From IMG/VR virus record IMGVR_UViG_3300017548_000207, positions 1-37,091 of that record: 37,091 bases of DNA; one strand, 5' to 3'. Positions 16,336-25,513 of this stretch are shown in pieces. Under the pieces are notes generated by a model that saw nothing but the letters and a program-made list of their open reading frames with translations, had not been told where the DNA came from and did not search any database. Source of the stretch: a virus (Duplodnaviria; Caudoviricetes). Numbering within the stretch: position 1 is the stretch's first letter; each line of letters opens with the position of its first letter. The position numbers and the translations under genes were made by a program.

Positions 16336-16939
16336 GGCAGCCAAGCGGCGGCAGCGCAAGGCGAGGCAATCGGCTCGGCAGATGCAGGCGCAATGGCAGG
16401 CACAGGAGCGCGCTGTTCAGCCGCCGCAGGAGGACCCCCGTCGCGTCGTGCTGTCGGCCCGGTGCCGGCGCCTGGGCCGCGCCGATAACGCCGCCAATCG
16501 TCGCGCTGTAGCATGGGAGGGCATGGGCGACCCGGCCGGCATGGCAATCGCCATGGGCGCGCAGGACATTGCAGAGCGAGACGCGCTGTGGGATCTGTTC
16601 AAGCGGCTGGATGGCGCGCACGAGGCGTATCATCGCCGCATCATCGGCCGGCCGAGATTCCCGATGTGCACAAAAATCGAATTTCTTCCGGAAAGGTTCG
16701 AAACCCGACCCGACGACAGGCCGGATATCCGCACCGAGGCGGAGAAGGACGCCGACGCGAGGGAATCTTGGGCATCATGGCTGCGCCTCACCAGCGAGGC
16801 CACCATCAGCGACAGGATCGCTTTGTGGGACGGAATCTGGCTGCGGTGCGAGATGGTGGCCGGCGGCAGCCTGACCGCCGACGGGGCAGGGTTTGTGCGG
16901 GCGCTGAAAAATCTTCTTGCGGTTGAGAGGGGCGCTTGA
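16325..16939 (+). CDS. Hypothetical protein at the late-regulator (Q-like) position
   Basis: 204 aa; last early gene before the late promoter/terminator. Confidence 0.7.
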   Translation: MASKAAKRRQRKARQSARQMQAQWQAQERAVQPPQEDPRRVVLSARCRRLGRADNAANRRAVAWEGMGDPAGMAIAMGAQDIAERDALWDLFKRLDGAHEAYHRRIIGRPRFPMCTKIEFLPERFETRPDDRPDIRTEAEKDADARESWASWLRLTSEATISDRIALWDGIWLRCEMVAGGSLTADGAGFVRALKNLLAVERGA

Positions 16940-16965
16940 CTGGTGATTCGCCTGCATGTTACTGT
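16936..16965 (+). promoter_or_regulatory. Late (pR'-like) promoter
   Basis: TTGACT-N18-TACTGT with TG upstream of the -10. Confidence 0.55.
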
Positions 16966-16995
16966 CTCGCAGCGGGACGGTTATGCCGTCTTTCC

Positions 16996-17023
16996 AAAGC
17001 CCTGCCATAGTGCGGGGCTTTTT
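16996..17023 (+). terminator. Intrinsic terminator (possibly bidirectional)
   Basis: AAAGCCCTGC-CATAGT-GCGGGGCTTTTT. Confidence 0.75.
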
Positions 17024-17054
17024 GCTTTCCCCCTGCGCACTACGGTTCGCAGAC

Positions 17055-17085
17055 AGCCCCGCCCGAGAGATCGGAGCGGGGTTTT
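17055..17085 (+). terminator. Second hairpin/terminator in the late leader
   Basis: GCCCCGC-CCGA-GAGA-TCGG-A-GCGGGGT plus T run. Confidence 0.6.
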
Positions 17086-17100
17086 CCACATGAGGCCCCC

Positions 17101-17181
17101 ATGCTCATCCTTCTCGCCCTCATCCTCGCCGCATCCCTCATCGCCATGCAGGCGGCGGGACTGTGGGTGGATCCCCGGTAA
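17101..17181 (+). CDS. 26-aa hydrophobic peptide MLILLALILAASLIAMQAAGLWVDPR
   Basis: GAGG RBS, GC3-rich codons, one transmembrane-length helix; below the ORF-track cutoff. Confidence 0.55.
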   Translation: MLILLALILAASLIAMQAAGLWVDPR

Positions 17182-17201
17182 ATCAAGAGGAAATCAAGCG
17201 A

Positions 17202-17534
17202 ATGACTGCAAAGCACGGAGGCAAGCGTCCCGGCGCCGGTCGCCCTGCTGGCGCTCGAAACAAGGCGACCCGTGAGCGCAAGGCGACCATCACGGAATTG
17301 GCGCAGTCGTATGGCGAGGATGCGTTGCGCACTCTCGCCGAGGTAATGCGGGATTCAGAGGCCCCGCATAGCGCACGGGTGGCGGCCAGCAACGCCTTGC
17401 TTGATCGCGGGTACGGCAAACCCATGCAGGCGGTCGATCACACGTCCAGCGACGGCAGCATGGCCCCGGTCGCTGGTTTTGACATCAAGGTTGTAAGTGC
17501 GCCTCCAAGCGACGCTGACGCAGCCTCAGGCTGA
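17202..17534 (+). CDS. terS: Terminase small subunit
   Basis: GGKRPGAGRP.G..NK and LLDRGYGKP motifs; directly before terL. Confidence 0.85.
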   Translation: MTAKHGGKRPGAGRPAGARNKATRERKATITELAQSYGEDALRTLAEVMRDSEAPHSARVAASNALLDRGYGKPMQAVDHTSSDGSMAPVAGFDIKVVSAPPSDADAASG

Positions 17535-18744
17535 TTTTTTCCTGAGCGGCGCGAAATACCCGGCCTTTGTCGGGGGGTTTGGCAGCGGCAAATCCGAGAC
17601 GCTGGCGCAGCGGGCCATCGCTGATGCGGCGCATTCCGGGTCGGCTCTGATCGGCATCTACGCGCCGACCTATGACCTGCTCAAACTGGTCAACGTGACG
17701 CGCATCGAGCTCAAGCTGCACGAGCACGGCATTCGCCACAAATGGCACTCGCATGACAAGGCGATCTATACGAGCCATCCGGGGTTCGGGGACTTCATCT
17801 TCCGCACGATGGACGCGCCCGCGCGGATCGTGGGCTATGAGACGTTCCGGGCGCACGCCGACGAGTTGGACACACTCAAGACTGAACATGCGCGCACGGC
17901 TTGGAACCAGATCATCGCCCGCAATCGGCAGGTTCTGAAAGACCGGCCAGACGCGCTGAACAGGGCTAGCGCATACACGACGCCGGAGGGTTTTCGGTTT
18001 GTGCATGACCGCTGGGTGGTCAACGCTACGCCGGACTATCAGATTTACCGCGCACCGACCTACAGCAACCCGTTTTTGCCGCCTGACTACATTGACGGCC
18101 TGCGGTCCAGTTACCCGGCGCAACTGATCGACGCATATATCGAGGGGCAATTCGTCAACCTGACATCAGGCACGGTCTACAGCAGCTATGATCGTAATGC
18201 GTGCCGTAGCACAGAGACGATCAGGCCGAACGAGCCGCTGTTCATAGGGCAAGACTTCAACGTCGCCGACATGGCTTCGGTTATCGCGGTCAAGCGCCAG
18301 ACCGGCCTGCATATCGTAGGGCAGTTGGTCGGCATCTACGATACGCCCGCGCTGATCGAGACGCTGAAGGACAAATACGAGGGCCACAAGATCGCGATCT
18401 ATCCCGATGCGTCGGGCGGATCGCGCAAGACGGTGAATGCCAGTACGTCTGACATTGCGATGCTGCGCCGCGCCGGGTTCCGGGTGGTGGTTGACGCCAG
18501 CAACCCGGCTGTGCGGGATCGCATCGTCAGCGTGAATAGCGGATTCAGCCACGGCAGGCTGTGGGTCAACGACAAGACGGCGCCTGACGTAGCCCGATGC
18601 CTCGAACAGCAGGCTTACGGCAAGAACGGCGAACCCGACAAAGAGGGCGGGTTCGATCATTTGAATGACGCTACCGGATATCTGGTCGCGAAGGAAATGC
18701 CCGTGCGGAAGCCCGTCACGCGGGCCAGAATAATAGGTCTGTGA
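17497..18744 (+). CDS. terL: Terminase large subunit
   Basis: Walker A GGFGSGKS, Walker B AHADE, TTPEG; nuclease GQDFN and DHLNDA. Confidence 0.95.
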   Translation: MRLQATLTQPQADFFLSGAKYPAFVGGFGSGKSETLAQRAIADAAHSGSALIGIYAPTYDLLKLVNVTRIELKLHEHGIRHKWHSHDKAIYTSHPGFGDFIFRTMDAPARIVGYETFRAHADELDTLKTEHARTAWNQIIARNRQVLKDRPDALNRASAYTTPEGFRFVHDRWVVNATPDYQIYRAPTYSNPFLPPDYIDGLRSSYPAQLIDAYIEGQFVNLTSGTVYSSYDRNACRSTETIRPNEPLFIGQDFNVADMASVIAVKRQTGLHIVGQLVGIYDTPALIETLKDKYEGHKIAIYPDASGGSRKTVNASTSDIAMLRRAGFRVVVDASNPAVRDRIVSVNSGFSHGRLWVNDKTAPDVARCLEQQAYGKNGEPDKEGGFDHLNDATGYLVAKEMPVRKPVTRARIIGL

Positions 18745-20144
18745 TGGCAGTTGATACTCCCGGCGCATTTTATCGCGCCAACATCGACACGTGGACGCGG
18801 TGTCGTGACTTTGTTGCCGGCGCGGATGCGGTCAAGGCGGCGGGTGCTCTTTATGCGCCGCGTCCGTCTGGATTGGGCGACGACGAGTTTAAGGCGTACA
18901 TACAACGCGGCACCTTTTTTAATGCCACACAGCGCACTGTTGACAGCCTGACCGGGCTGGTAATGGCAAAGCCGCCAGTCGTAAGCATGTCAGCGGGTCT
19001 GGAAGCCATAATCGAGGATTTCGACGGAGCAGGGGCGACAGCCGAGGATTACGCGCGCAATGCCGTTGCTGAGGTGCTGACGGTTGGTGGCGGCTGTGCT
19101 GTGGTGGATCGACCGACGCGCCCGGAGGGCATTCTGACGCGTGATCAGGAGCGTCTGGCAGGGCTTCGGCCATATGTCCGGTGGTATCCGGTAGAGAGTG
19201 TTCTGGATTGGCGCTATGGTATCGTGACCGGCGGTCAGCGCGAGCTTGTGTCCCTTCGTCTCCACGAGACATGGGTTGAGCAAGTAGACGAGTGGGAGGA
19301 AAAGCTTCACCCGCAGATCCGCGTGTTTGATGTGGCTGATGGCGCGGCCCGTTGCCGTGTGTTTCGAAAGGACGGAAGGGGGCAGTGGACCGAGTATGAG
19401 GTTGCATCGCTGATCAAGGATAATGGGGCGGATTGGGAATACATCCCTGCCGTTTTGTTTGGCCCGGTCAAGAATGAGCCTGGGAAGCCGCCAATTCTCG
19501 ATCTGGTCGAGGTAAACCGGGGCCACTGGCAGAATAGTGTCGATCTGGAACACGGCCTGCACTTTACCGGCCTGCCAACGCCTTATGTCGCTGGGCATGA
19601 CTTCGAGGACGGTGAAACCGTTCGTCTCGGGTCCAAGACGCTCATGTCGTTCAGTGACCCTAATGCCAAACTTGACTTCGCGTCGTTCGGCAGTGATGGC
19701 CTTAAAGGTCTCGAAGCGGCCTTGGAGCGCAAGGAACAGCAGATGGCCGCGCTTGGCGCCCGAATGCTGTCACCAGACGGTGCGCAGGCGGAGAGTGGCG
19801 AGGCTCTGGCAATCCGGCGTGGAGGCGAGAACAGCGCGCTTGGCAAGCTGGCTGACAGCGTATCGCGGTCAATGGAATTGCTGATCGGGATGATTGCGGA
19901 ATGGGAAGGCCGCCCCGAGGCAGTGTCCTACCGTCTGAACACGGACTACCTGCCGAACGCGATCACCGCGCAGGAGCTGACCGCTGCCATCAGCGCGGTG
20001 GATCGTGGGCTGATGTCGCAGCAGGAGTTCTTCGATATGCTCAAGGCCGGCGGGCTGGTCCGCGACGACAAGACCTACGAGGAACACGAGGAAGAAACCC
20101 TCGGTATGGCGTCAGGGATGGTGAATGGCGACCAATCCGAATGA
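18744..20144 (+). CDS. Portal protein (DUF4055-like)
   Basis: Follows terL; YIQRGTFFNAT, PPILDL..VN..HWQ..DLEH.LH...P motifs. Confidence 0.9.
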   Translation: MAVDTPGAFYRANIDTWTRCRDFVAGADAVKAAGALYAPRPSGLGDDEFKAYIQRGTFFNATQRTVDSLTGLVMAKPPVVSMSAGLEAIIEDFDGAGATAEDYARNAVAEVLTVGGGCAVVDRPTRPEGILTRDQERLAGLRPYVRWYPVESVLDWRYGIVTGGQRELVSLRLHETWVEQVDEWEEKLHPQIRVFDVADGAARCRVFRKDGRGQWTEYEVASLIKDNGADWEYIPAVLFGPVKNEPGKPPILDLVEVNRGHWQNSVDLEHGLHFTGLPTPYVAGHDFEDGETVRLGSKTLMSFSDPNAKLDFASFGSDGLKGLEAALERKEQQMAALGARMLSPDGAQAESGEALAIRRGGENSALGKLADSVSRSMELLIGMIAEWEGRPEAVSYRLNTDYLPNAITAQELTAAISAVDRGLMSQQEFFDMLKAGGLVRDDKTYEEHEEETLGMASGMVNGDQSE

Positions 20145-21099
20145 GGCCGTCTTCGACGCGGAGACGCGCCATGCGATCTACATCGAACGCTACGGAAGCG
20201 GGATCGCGCGGCGCATGGTCCGCCTGCTGCTGGGAGCTGAAAAGGATATTATCGGCAAGCTGAAAGACCTGCCGGAAGGCCCGACGCGCAAGCAGCAGGA
20301 GGAACTGCTGAAGACCGTGCGAGGTAGGATCAGTGATCTGGTCAAGGACCTCCGGGACGACATGACGGCGGAACTGTTGGGGGTCTCGGATTATGAGGCC
20401 GAGTTTGTCGGTAAGATGTTTGCCGACGCTTACGAGGGCCTCGGCGCATCGTTCCAGAGCGTCCCGCTCGAAAATGTCCGGTCTGCGGTCATGTCGCGCC
20501 CATTCCAGGGCATCCATCTGCGGTGGGCTAAGCCAGACGAACACGCATCGGAACTGGTGAAGCGCAATTTCAAGGCGGCGCAAGGCGAGATCGAGCGCGG
20601 ATTCATCGAGGGCGAAAGCATCAGTGCAATAACGGCGCGCATTCGCCCTCTGATCGAGGTGAAGGCGGCCCGCGATGTGGAAACCATCGCCATCACGGCG
20701 GTGAAGCACATCAGCAGCGTGGCGCGGCAGGAGTGGCATAAAGCCAATCCGGGTGTGATCGAGCAAGAACGGTGGAACGCGGTTCTGGACGGCAGAACCT
20801 CGGAGATTTGCCGGTCCAGAGATGGCAAGGTGTATGAGGTCGGTAAAGGCCCGCAGCCGCCCGCGCATCCCCGATGCCGGTCAACGCGCGTCGGGATCGA
20901 TGCCGACTATCCTCCGCCCCGCAAGCGGACGTATGATCAGTGGCTGCGCGATCAGTCAGAGGCCGTTCAGGATGAAATCCTCGGGAAAGCCAAGGCGGAC
21001 TTGTTTCGCGGTGGACTGACCCTAGATCGGTTTTACAATGAGCGCCGAGGCCGGGAATACACGGTCGATGAGTTGCGCAAGATGGATGCGAAACGTTGA
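20125..21099 (+). CDS. Minor head protein (SPP1 gp7 / Mu F-like)
   Basis: LDGRTSEIC...PPAHPRCRS motif. Confidence 0.9.
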   Translation: MATNPNEAVFDAETRHAIYIERYGSGIARRMVRLLLGAEKDIIGKLKDLPEGPTRKQQEELLKTVRGRISDLVKDLRDDMTAELLGVSDYEAEFVGKMFADAYEGLGASFQSVPLENVRSAVMSRPFQGIHLRWAKPDEHASELVKRNFKAAQGEIERGFIEGESISAITARIRPLIEVKAARDVETIAITAVKHISSVARQEWHKANPGVIEQERWNAVLDGRTSEICRSRDGKVYEVGKGPQPPAHPRCRSTRVGIDADYPPPRKRTYDQWLRDQSEAVQDEILGKAKADLFRGGLTLDRFYNERRGREYTVDELRKMDAKR

Positions 21100-21320
21100 G
21101 AGTCATCGACGGAGATAACGACCGTTCCCATTGGCGCTTTCAGGAGGGCGGTGAATATTGGCGCTGCCCAATCTGTCATGCGGCCGGTCGCGGCGACCAA
21201 ATGGCGGTATTCGAGATTTACCCTTTCGTTGAGTTGCGAAAGGGGAGACTGCGCAAACCAGCGAAATCGCTGTGCTGCGTAACCTGCTATCTCACAGAGC
21301 GCAGGATAACCGAGGTCTAG
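21096..21320 (+). CDS. Small zinc-ribbon-like hypothetical protein
   Basis: CPIC...CVTC; TTG start overlapping the previous TGA. Confidence 0.55.
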   Translation: MRVIDGDNDRSHWRFQEGGEYWRCPICHAAGRGDQMAVFEIYPFVELRKGRLRKPAKSLCCVTCYLTERRITEV

Positions 21321-21346
21321 GCCCTCACCACAACTGAAACCATGCA

Positions 21347-21375
21347 ACCCCGGCGCGGCGCGTTCGGGGCTTTTT
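21347..21375 (+). terminator. Hairpin with U-tract before the scaffold gene
   Basis: CCCCGGCGC...GCGTTCGGGG then CTTTTT. Confidence 0.55.
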
Positions 21376-21398
21376 CGTGCGGCGCACAGAGGTAAAGC

Positions 21399-22031
21399 AT
21401 GAGCGACGATAACGACGACAAAAAGCAATCCGATCTGGAAAAACGGATCGAAGCCTTGGAGGCCAAAAACGCCGAGCTGCTGGGCGAGGTGAAAGAGGAA
21501 CGGCGCAAGCGTCGTGAGGCCGAGGCAGCAGCCGAGCAAGCCGCCAAGGACGCCGAGGAAAAGGCGACCGAGGCCGCAGAGAAGGCAGGCGATGTGGAAA
21601 CCCTCCGCAAGCAGCTGGAAACGACTTTTGCCAAGGAGCGCGAGAAGCTGACCAAGGAGCGTGATGACGCCAGGGGCCAGCTGCACAAGCTCCTGATCGA
21701 CGGCGGAATCGATGCGGCGCTTGACGCTGCTGGCATGGCTCCGGTTTATCGGCGCATGTTGCGCCGCGACTTTGCCGCAGAACACGAGATCACGATCCGG
21801 GACGGGCAGGCGTTTGTCGGCGACATCCCCTTGTCCGACGCGGTGAAGAAATGGGCTGAGGACGAAAGCATGTCCGGCCTGAAAGCTGCCGGCCACGGGT
21901 CTGGTAGCGGTGCTTCCGGCGGAAGCAAATCGACCGGCGGGACGCTGGCCGAAATGAGCGGGGCAGATCGCGTGAAGCTCGCCCGCGAAAATCCTGAGCG
22001 GTTCCGCCAACTGCGCGCCGCATCCACCTAA
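21399..22031 (+). CDS. Capsid scaffolding protein
   Basis: Charged coiled coil with GSGSGASGG linker; immediately before the capsid gene. Confidence 0.85.
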   Translation: MSDDNDDKKQSDLEKRIEALEAKNAELLGEVKEERRKRREAEAAAEQAAKDAEEKATEAAEKAGDVETLRKQLETTFAKEREKLTKERDDARGQLHKLLIDGGIDAALDAAGMAPVYRRMLRRDFAAEHEITIRDGQAFVGDIPLSDAVKKWAEDESMSGLKAAGHGSGSGASGGSKSTGGTLAEMSGADRVKLARENPERFRQLRAAST

Positions 22032-22046
22032 CCACAGGAGGCCAAT

Positions 22047-23063
22047 ATGGCTATGGTCACTCTGGGTGACGTGTTCACCCAAGGAAGCGTCGTCGAACTC
22101 GACGTTATCCAGTCCTTCATGGACGAAAACGGCGACCGTGTGAACGACACGCCCTTTTTCCAGTCGGGCATTCTGGTCAGCAACCTGCTGGTCGAAGCTG
22201 CCGCCGCCAGCCCCACCGCTGAGGTGACGATCCCCTACATGGGGCGCCTGGATTCGTCGGTCGAGCCGAACTACAGCAACGATGTCTATGAGGACGTGGC
22301 TATCCCGCACAAGCTGGACCACGGCTTCATGAAAGCCCGCAACGCCTTCCTGAACGAAGGCTGGGGGGCGATGGACCTGGTTCAGGAGCTGACCGGGAAA
22401 GATCCGCTGGCTTACGTCGCCGCGCGCTTGGGCAAGTTCTGGGCCGAACAGGCTGAAAACCGCATCGTTGCCACTGCGCGCGGCATCTACGAACTGGAAG
22501 CAGCTAACGCGGACATGAACGTGACCGCAGCGGTGGCTGACAGCATCGTGGACACCCTGATCGATGCGCAACTGACGCTGGGCGACGCCTTCGGCAACAT
22601 CGACGGCTACATCATGGACAGCAAGACCTTCGCCCGCGCGGCCAAGGAAAAGCTGGCCCTGACGACCCGGGACCCCGAGACCAGCATCCTGACCAAGACG
22701 CTGAACGGCCTGCCGGTCATCGTCAGCGACCGCGCCATGGTCAACGGGGATGGCGAAAGCGTCATCACGCTGCTGGGCCGTGGCTCGTTTGCTTACGGCA
22801 TGGCGAACCCGCGTGTGCCGCTGGCCTATGAGCGCGAGGAAGCCCGGGGCAACGGCGGCGGCGCTGAAACGTTGTGGACCCGCCGCAACATGATCGTGCA
22901 TCCGATGGGCTACAACTTCCTGTCGGCACACATCACCGGGAACGGCACTGAGACCGTGGCGCGTTCGGCTGGTTGGGCTGACCTGATCAACCCCGCGAAC
23001 TGGGAACGCGCGGTCGATCGCAAGGGCATCCCGCTGGCGTTCGTAACCGTCGCCAACACCTGA
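22047..23063 (+). CDS. Major capsid protein
   Basis: 338 aa, AGGAGG RBS, strongly biased codons; SGIL, DLVQELTGKDPL, GNGGGAETL.TRR...HP.G motifs. Confidence 0.92.
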   Translation: MAMVTLGDVFTQGSVVELDVIQSFMDENGDRVNDTPFFQSGILVSNLLVEAAAASPTAEVTIPYMGRLDSSVEPNYSNDVYEDVAIPHKLDHGFMKARNAFLNEGWGAMDLVQELTGKDPLAYVAARLGKFWAEQAENRIVATARGIYELEAANADMNVTAAVADSIVDTLIDAQLTLGDAFGNIDGYIMDSKTFARAAKEKLALTTRDPETSILTKTLNGLPVIVSDRAMVNGDGESVITLLGRGSFAYGMANPRVPLAYEREEARGNGGGAETLWTRRNMIVHPMGYNFLSAHITGNGTETVARSAGWADLINPANWERAVDRKGIPLAFVTVANT

Positions 23064-23112
23064 TAACGGCAGGGGCGTCACAGCCCCGCCATTCCAATCA
23101 CAGGAGGCCGAA

Positions 23113-23322
23113 ATGGCAAACCATTCCACCCATGCGGATGTGTATCCGCTGTCGAAAACGTGGACCGAGGTGATGGCTGGCGAAAATGCGTCGGGTGACG
23201 CTGAAAAGTCCACCTATTACCCCGAGTTCACCGTTCCCCCTGCACAGGACGGGTCCAGCACCCCGGCCAGCAATGACACGGGGTATGACGCGGCCCCGGC
23301 GGAGCCGGAAGAGCCGGAATAG
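23113..23322 (+). CDS. Small virion-associated protein, paralogue A (acidic tail)
   Basis: AGGAGG RBS; N-terminus shared with the next ORF. Confidence 0.8.
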   Translation: MANHSTHADVYPLSKTWTEVMAGENASGDAEKSTYYPEFTVPPAQDGSSTPASNDTGYDAAPAEPEEPE

Positions 23323-23354
23323 CCGGAAGAACCCACTGAACCCGGAGAGTGATC

Positions 23355-23624
23355 ATGGCGAACCACCCCGACCGCGCCAATAACTACGTCATCAGCAAGA
23401 CGTGGGATGAGGTGATGGCAGGCGCAGGAGCCAAGGGAGATGCGGAGGCGCATTTCCTGCCGCTTATGCAGAAGGCGACCAGCAAGCCGACGGCCGTTCA
23501 TGGCGAGGCGGCTGGCAACGGCGGCGGGATGGAGCCGTTCAACTACACCACCGAGGGGCGGTCAGACGCTCGCCCCCCGGAAGCCCGCAAGCGACGGAAA
23601 TCCACGACCAAGGGCGGTTGCTGA
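23355..23624 (+). CDS. Small virion-associated protein, paralogue B (basic tail)
   Basis: GGAGAG RBS; 20 of the first 31 aa identical to paralogue A. Confidence 0.8.
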   Translation: MANHPDRANNYVISKTWDEVMAGAGAKGDAEAHFLPLMQKATSKPTAVHGEAAGNGGGMEPFNYTTEGRSDARPPEARKRRKSTTKGGC

Positions 23625-23893
23625 TGTCGAACATCCACAAACTGACTGGGTGCGCTCTGCCCGGAGAGGTGAACGAAGACCTGGTGGCGGCTCTGCGCGA
23701 TATCTTAGCTCGCGCAGAGCGCGGCGAGATCGTCAGCGCTGCGTGGGCGCTTTACTCCGGCACCGTGAACGACGTGACCGCTACCGGATGGGAAGCGATG
23801 GGCGGGACGAGGTTCCAGCTTCATTCGGCTATCTCCATGCTGAGTTTCCGCTATGCGGAAGGACTGATTGCAGGGAAATGCACATGCCTCTGA
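23624..23893 (+). CDS. Hypothetical protein
   Basis: TGATG coupling; LRDILARAERGEI motif. Confidence 0.7.
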   Translation: MSNIHKLTGCALPGEVNEDLVAALRDILARAERGEIVSAAWALYSGTVNDVTATGWEAMGGTRFQLHSAISMLSFRYAEGLIAGKCTCL

Positions 23894-24360
23894 TCGTCGG
23901 AAACCTGCTGACCGATCCGGCGGCAAACTCGTTCATCAGCCTTGTCGATGCGGTCGACTATCTCGCGGACGAGGCGTCCGGAGCCTTGCCGCCGTCTGGG
24001 CTGGACGAATGGCTGACGGCCGCGGAAAGCGATAAGGAAAGCAGCTTGGTGCGTGCGTCGCGCTGGCTGGCTGTCTCGATGCCGTGGTGCTGCAAGACGC
24101 TGAGCGACGGCGATCTTATCCGCGTGGGTCATGTCGCGGCCCGTCTGGCCGTGCAGGCGCTTACGACCGACCTTTGGGCCGCTCCGGCCACGGGCAAGGA
24201 CGCCAAGCGCTACAAGGCGGGTTCGGTCGAGGTTGAGTATCACAGCCCCACAACGGTCCGCGGGGCGCAGGCAGGCGGGCGCCGGTTCCCTTGGGTTTAC
24301 CCCATGCTCAAAGGGCTTCTGTGCGGCACCGGCGGGCAGCATGATGTGGTGCGGCGATGA
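23884..24360 (+). CDS. Head-tail adaptor (DnaT-like family)
   Basis: ANSFISL..A..Y, L.RASRWL, K.GSVEVEY; position in the neck module. Confidence 0.8.
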   Translation: MPLIVGNLLTDPAANSFISLVDAVDYLADEASGALPPSGLDEWLTAAESDKESSLVRASRWLAVSMPWCCKTLSDGDLIRVGHVAARLAVQALTTDLWAAPATGKDAKRYKAGSVEVEYHSPTTVRGAQAGGRRFPWVYPMLKGLLCGTGGQHDVVRR

Positions 24361-24722
24361 GTGTGCTTGACGATATCCGCGCCGAGATCGGGGCCGCGTT
24401 CAGCGATACGAGCCTGTTTTTCAGCGAGGCCACGCTGACGCGCGTGACCAGCAGCGGCGGGGGATGGACCGAGGGCGATGAAACCGTTTCGACCTACCCC
24501 TGCAAGGCGATGGTCGAAACCTATTCCGACCACCTGCGGGCCGTGGCCGATATCCCCGACACAGACGTGAAGGTGATGATTGTCGGCACGTCAATATTCG
24601 TCGATCCGCTCAAGGGGGACACGGTGACGATCGGCAGCCGCAACTGGTCGGTGATCCAGGTTGATGTTGATCCGGCTCGAGCCATGTGGACCTGCCGGGG
24701 AAGGCCGGTATCGGATGGCTAA
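24357..24722 (+). CDS. Head closure / neck protein
   Basis: Beta-rich, P..GD.V.IG...W.V, DPA.A.W; synteny. Confidence 0.7.
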   Translation: MSVLDDIRAEIGAAFSDTSLFFSEATLTRVTSSGGGWTEGDETVSTYPCKAMVETYSDHLRAVADIPDTDVKVMIVGTSIFVDPLKGDTVTIGSRNWSVIQVDVDPARAMWTCRGRPVSDG

Positions 24723-25104
24723 AATCGTCGGCGGGCAGAAGCTGGCCCGGCATTTGCAGGCCAATGCCAAGGGCAAGGACGTGACCGACGTGCTGCTGCG
24801 CGCGGCAGATCGGGTGCGGACGGAATATATAGACTTGGTGAACGAGGGCGGTGCGCCAGGTAAATTTCACGTCCCGTCCTTGCCGGGTCATCCGCCGAAC
24901 ACCGACACCGGGCGGCTGGTCGGCTCTGCGTCGTCGCAGGTCGTGCGGAGGAATGTGACCGAGACGAGCGTGGAGGCCGAATATGGTGCATACCTCGAGT
25001 TCGGCACCGACAAGATGGCCCCACGACCGGCTCTTGGACCCGCCTTTGACGAAATGAAACCCCATATCCTGAAGAATCTCGCAAAGGCGCTGAAAGATGG
25101 CTGA
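24715..25104 (+). CDS. HK97 gp10-like tail completion protein
   Basis: DTGRL..S and YLEFGT.KMAPRP.L.PA motifs. Confidence 0.88.
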   Translation: MAKIVGGQKLARHLQANAKGKDVTDVLLRAADRVRTEYIDLVNEGGAPGKFHVPSLPGHPPNTDTGRLVGSASSQVVRRNVTETSVEAEYGAYLEFGTDKMAPRPALGPAFDEMKPHILKNLAKALKDG

Positions 25105-25513
25105 CCACGCGCTGACGCTGATGCAGGCGATCCAGTCAGTGCTGGACGCTCAAGTTCCGCTGGCCGGCAGATGGCTCGCTACGCGGATCGAGACGCCGAC
25201 ATACCCCGTAGGGTTCATCGACCTGACCAGCAGTACGCCCGTCCGGGGGCAGGCATTCTACGCCGAACGGCATCGAGGCGTGATCTCGGTATGGTCGCGC
25301 AAGAAGGTCGGCAATGTTCCTAACCCTGTCGAGGCATTCCAGCTTTCCGAGGCGGCGCACCGGCTTCTTGGGGCCGCAGTTCTGTCAAGCGGCAACCTGG
25401 TCGTGCAGCAATTCCAATGCGGGGTGATGACGCCTCGTCCACCGGAGGATGGTCTGACATGGGGCCGGTCCTTCATCTTCACAGCCACCACACATGAGGT
25501 TCAAAATGGCTGA
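25097..25513 (+). CDS. Tail terminator (DUF3168-like)
   Basis: Position before the tail tube; YP...I and ISVWSR motifs. Confidence 0.7.
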   Translation: MADHALTLMQAIQSVLDAQVPLAGRWLATRIETPTYPVGFIDLTSSTPVRGQAFYAERHRGVISVWSRKKVGNVPNPVEAFQLSEAAHRLLGAAVLSSGNLVVQQFQCGVMTPRPPEDGLTWGRSFIFTATTHEVQNG

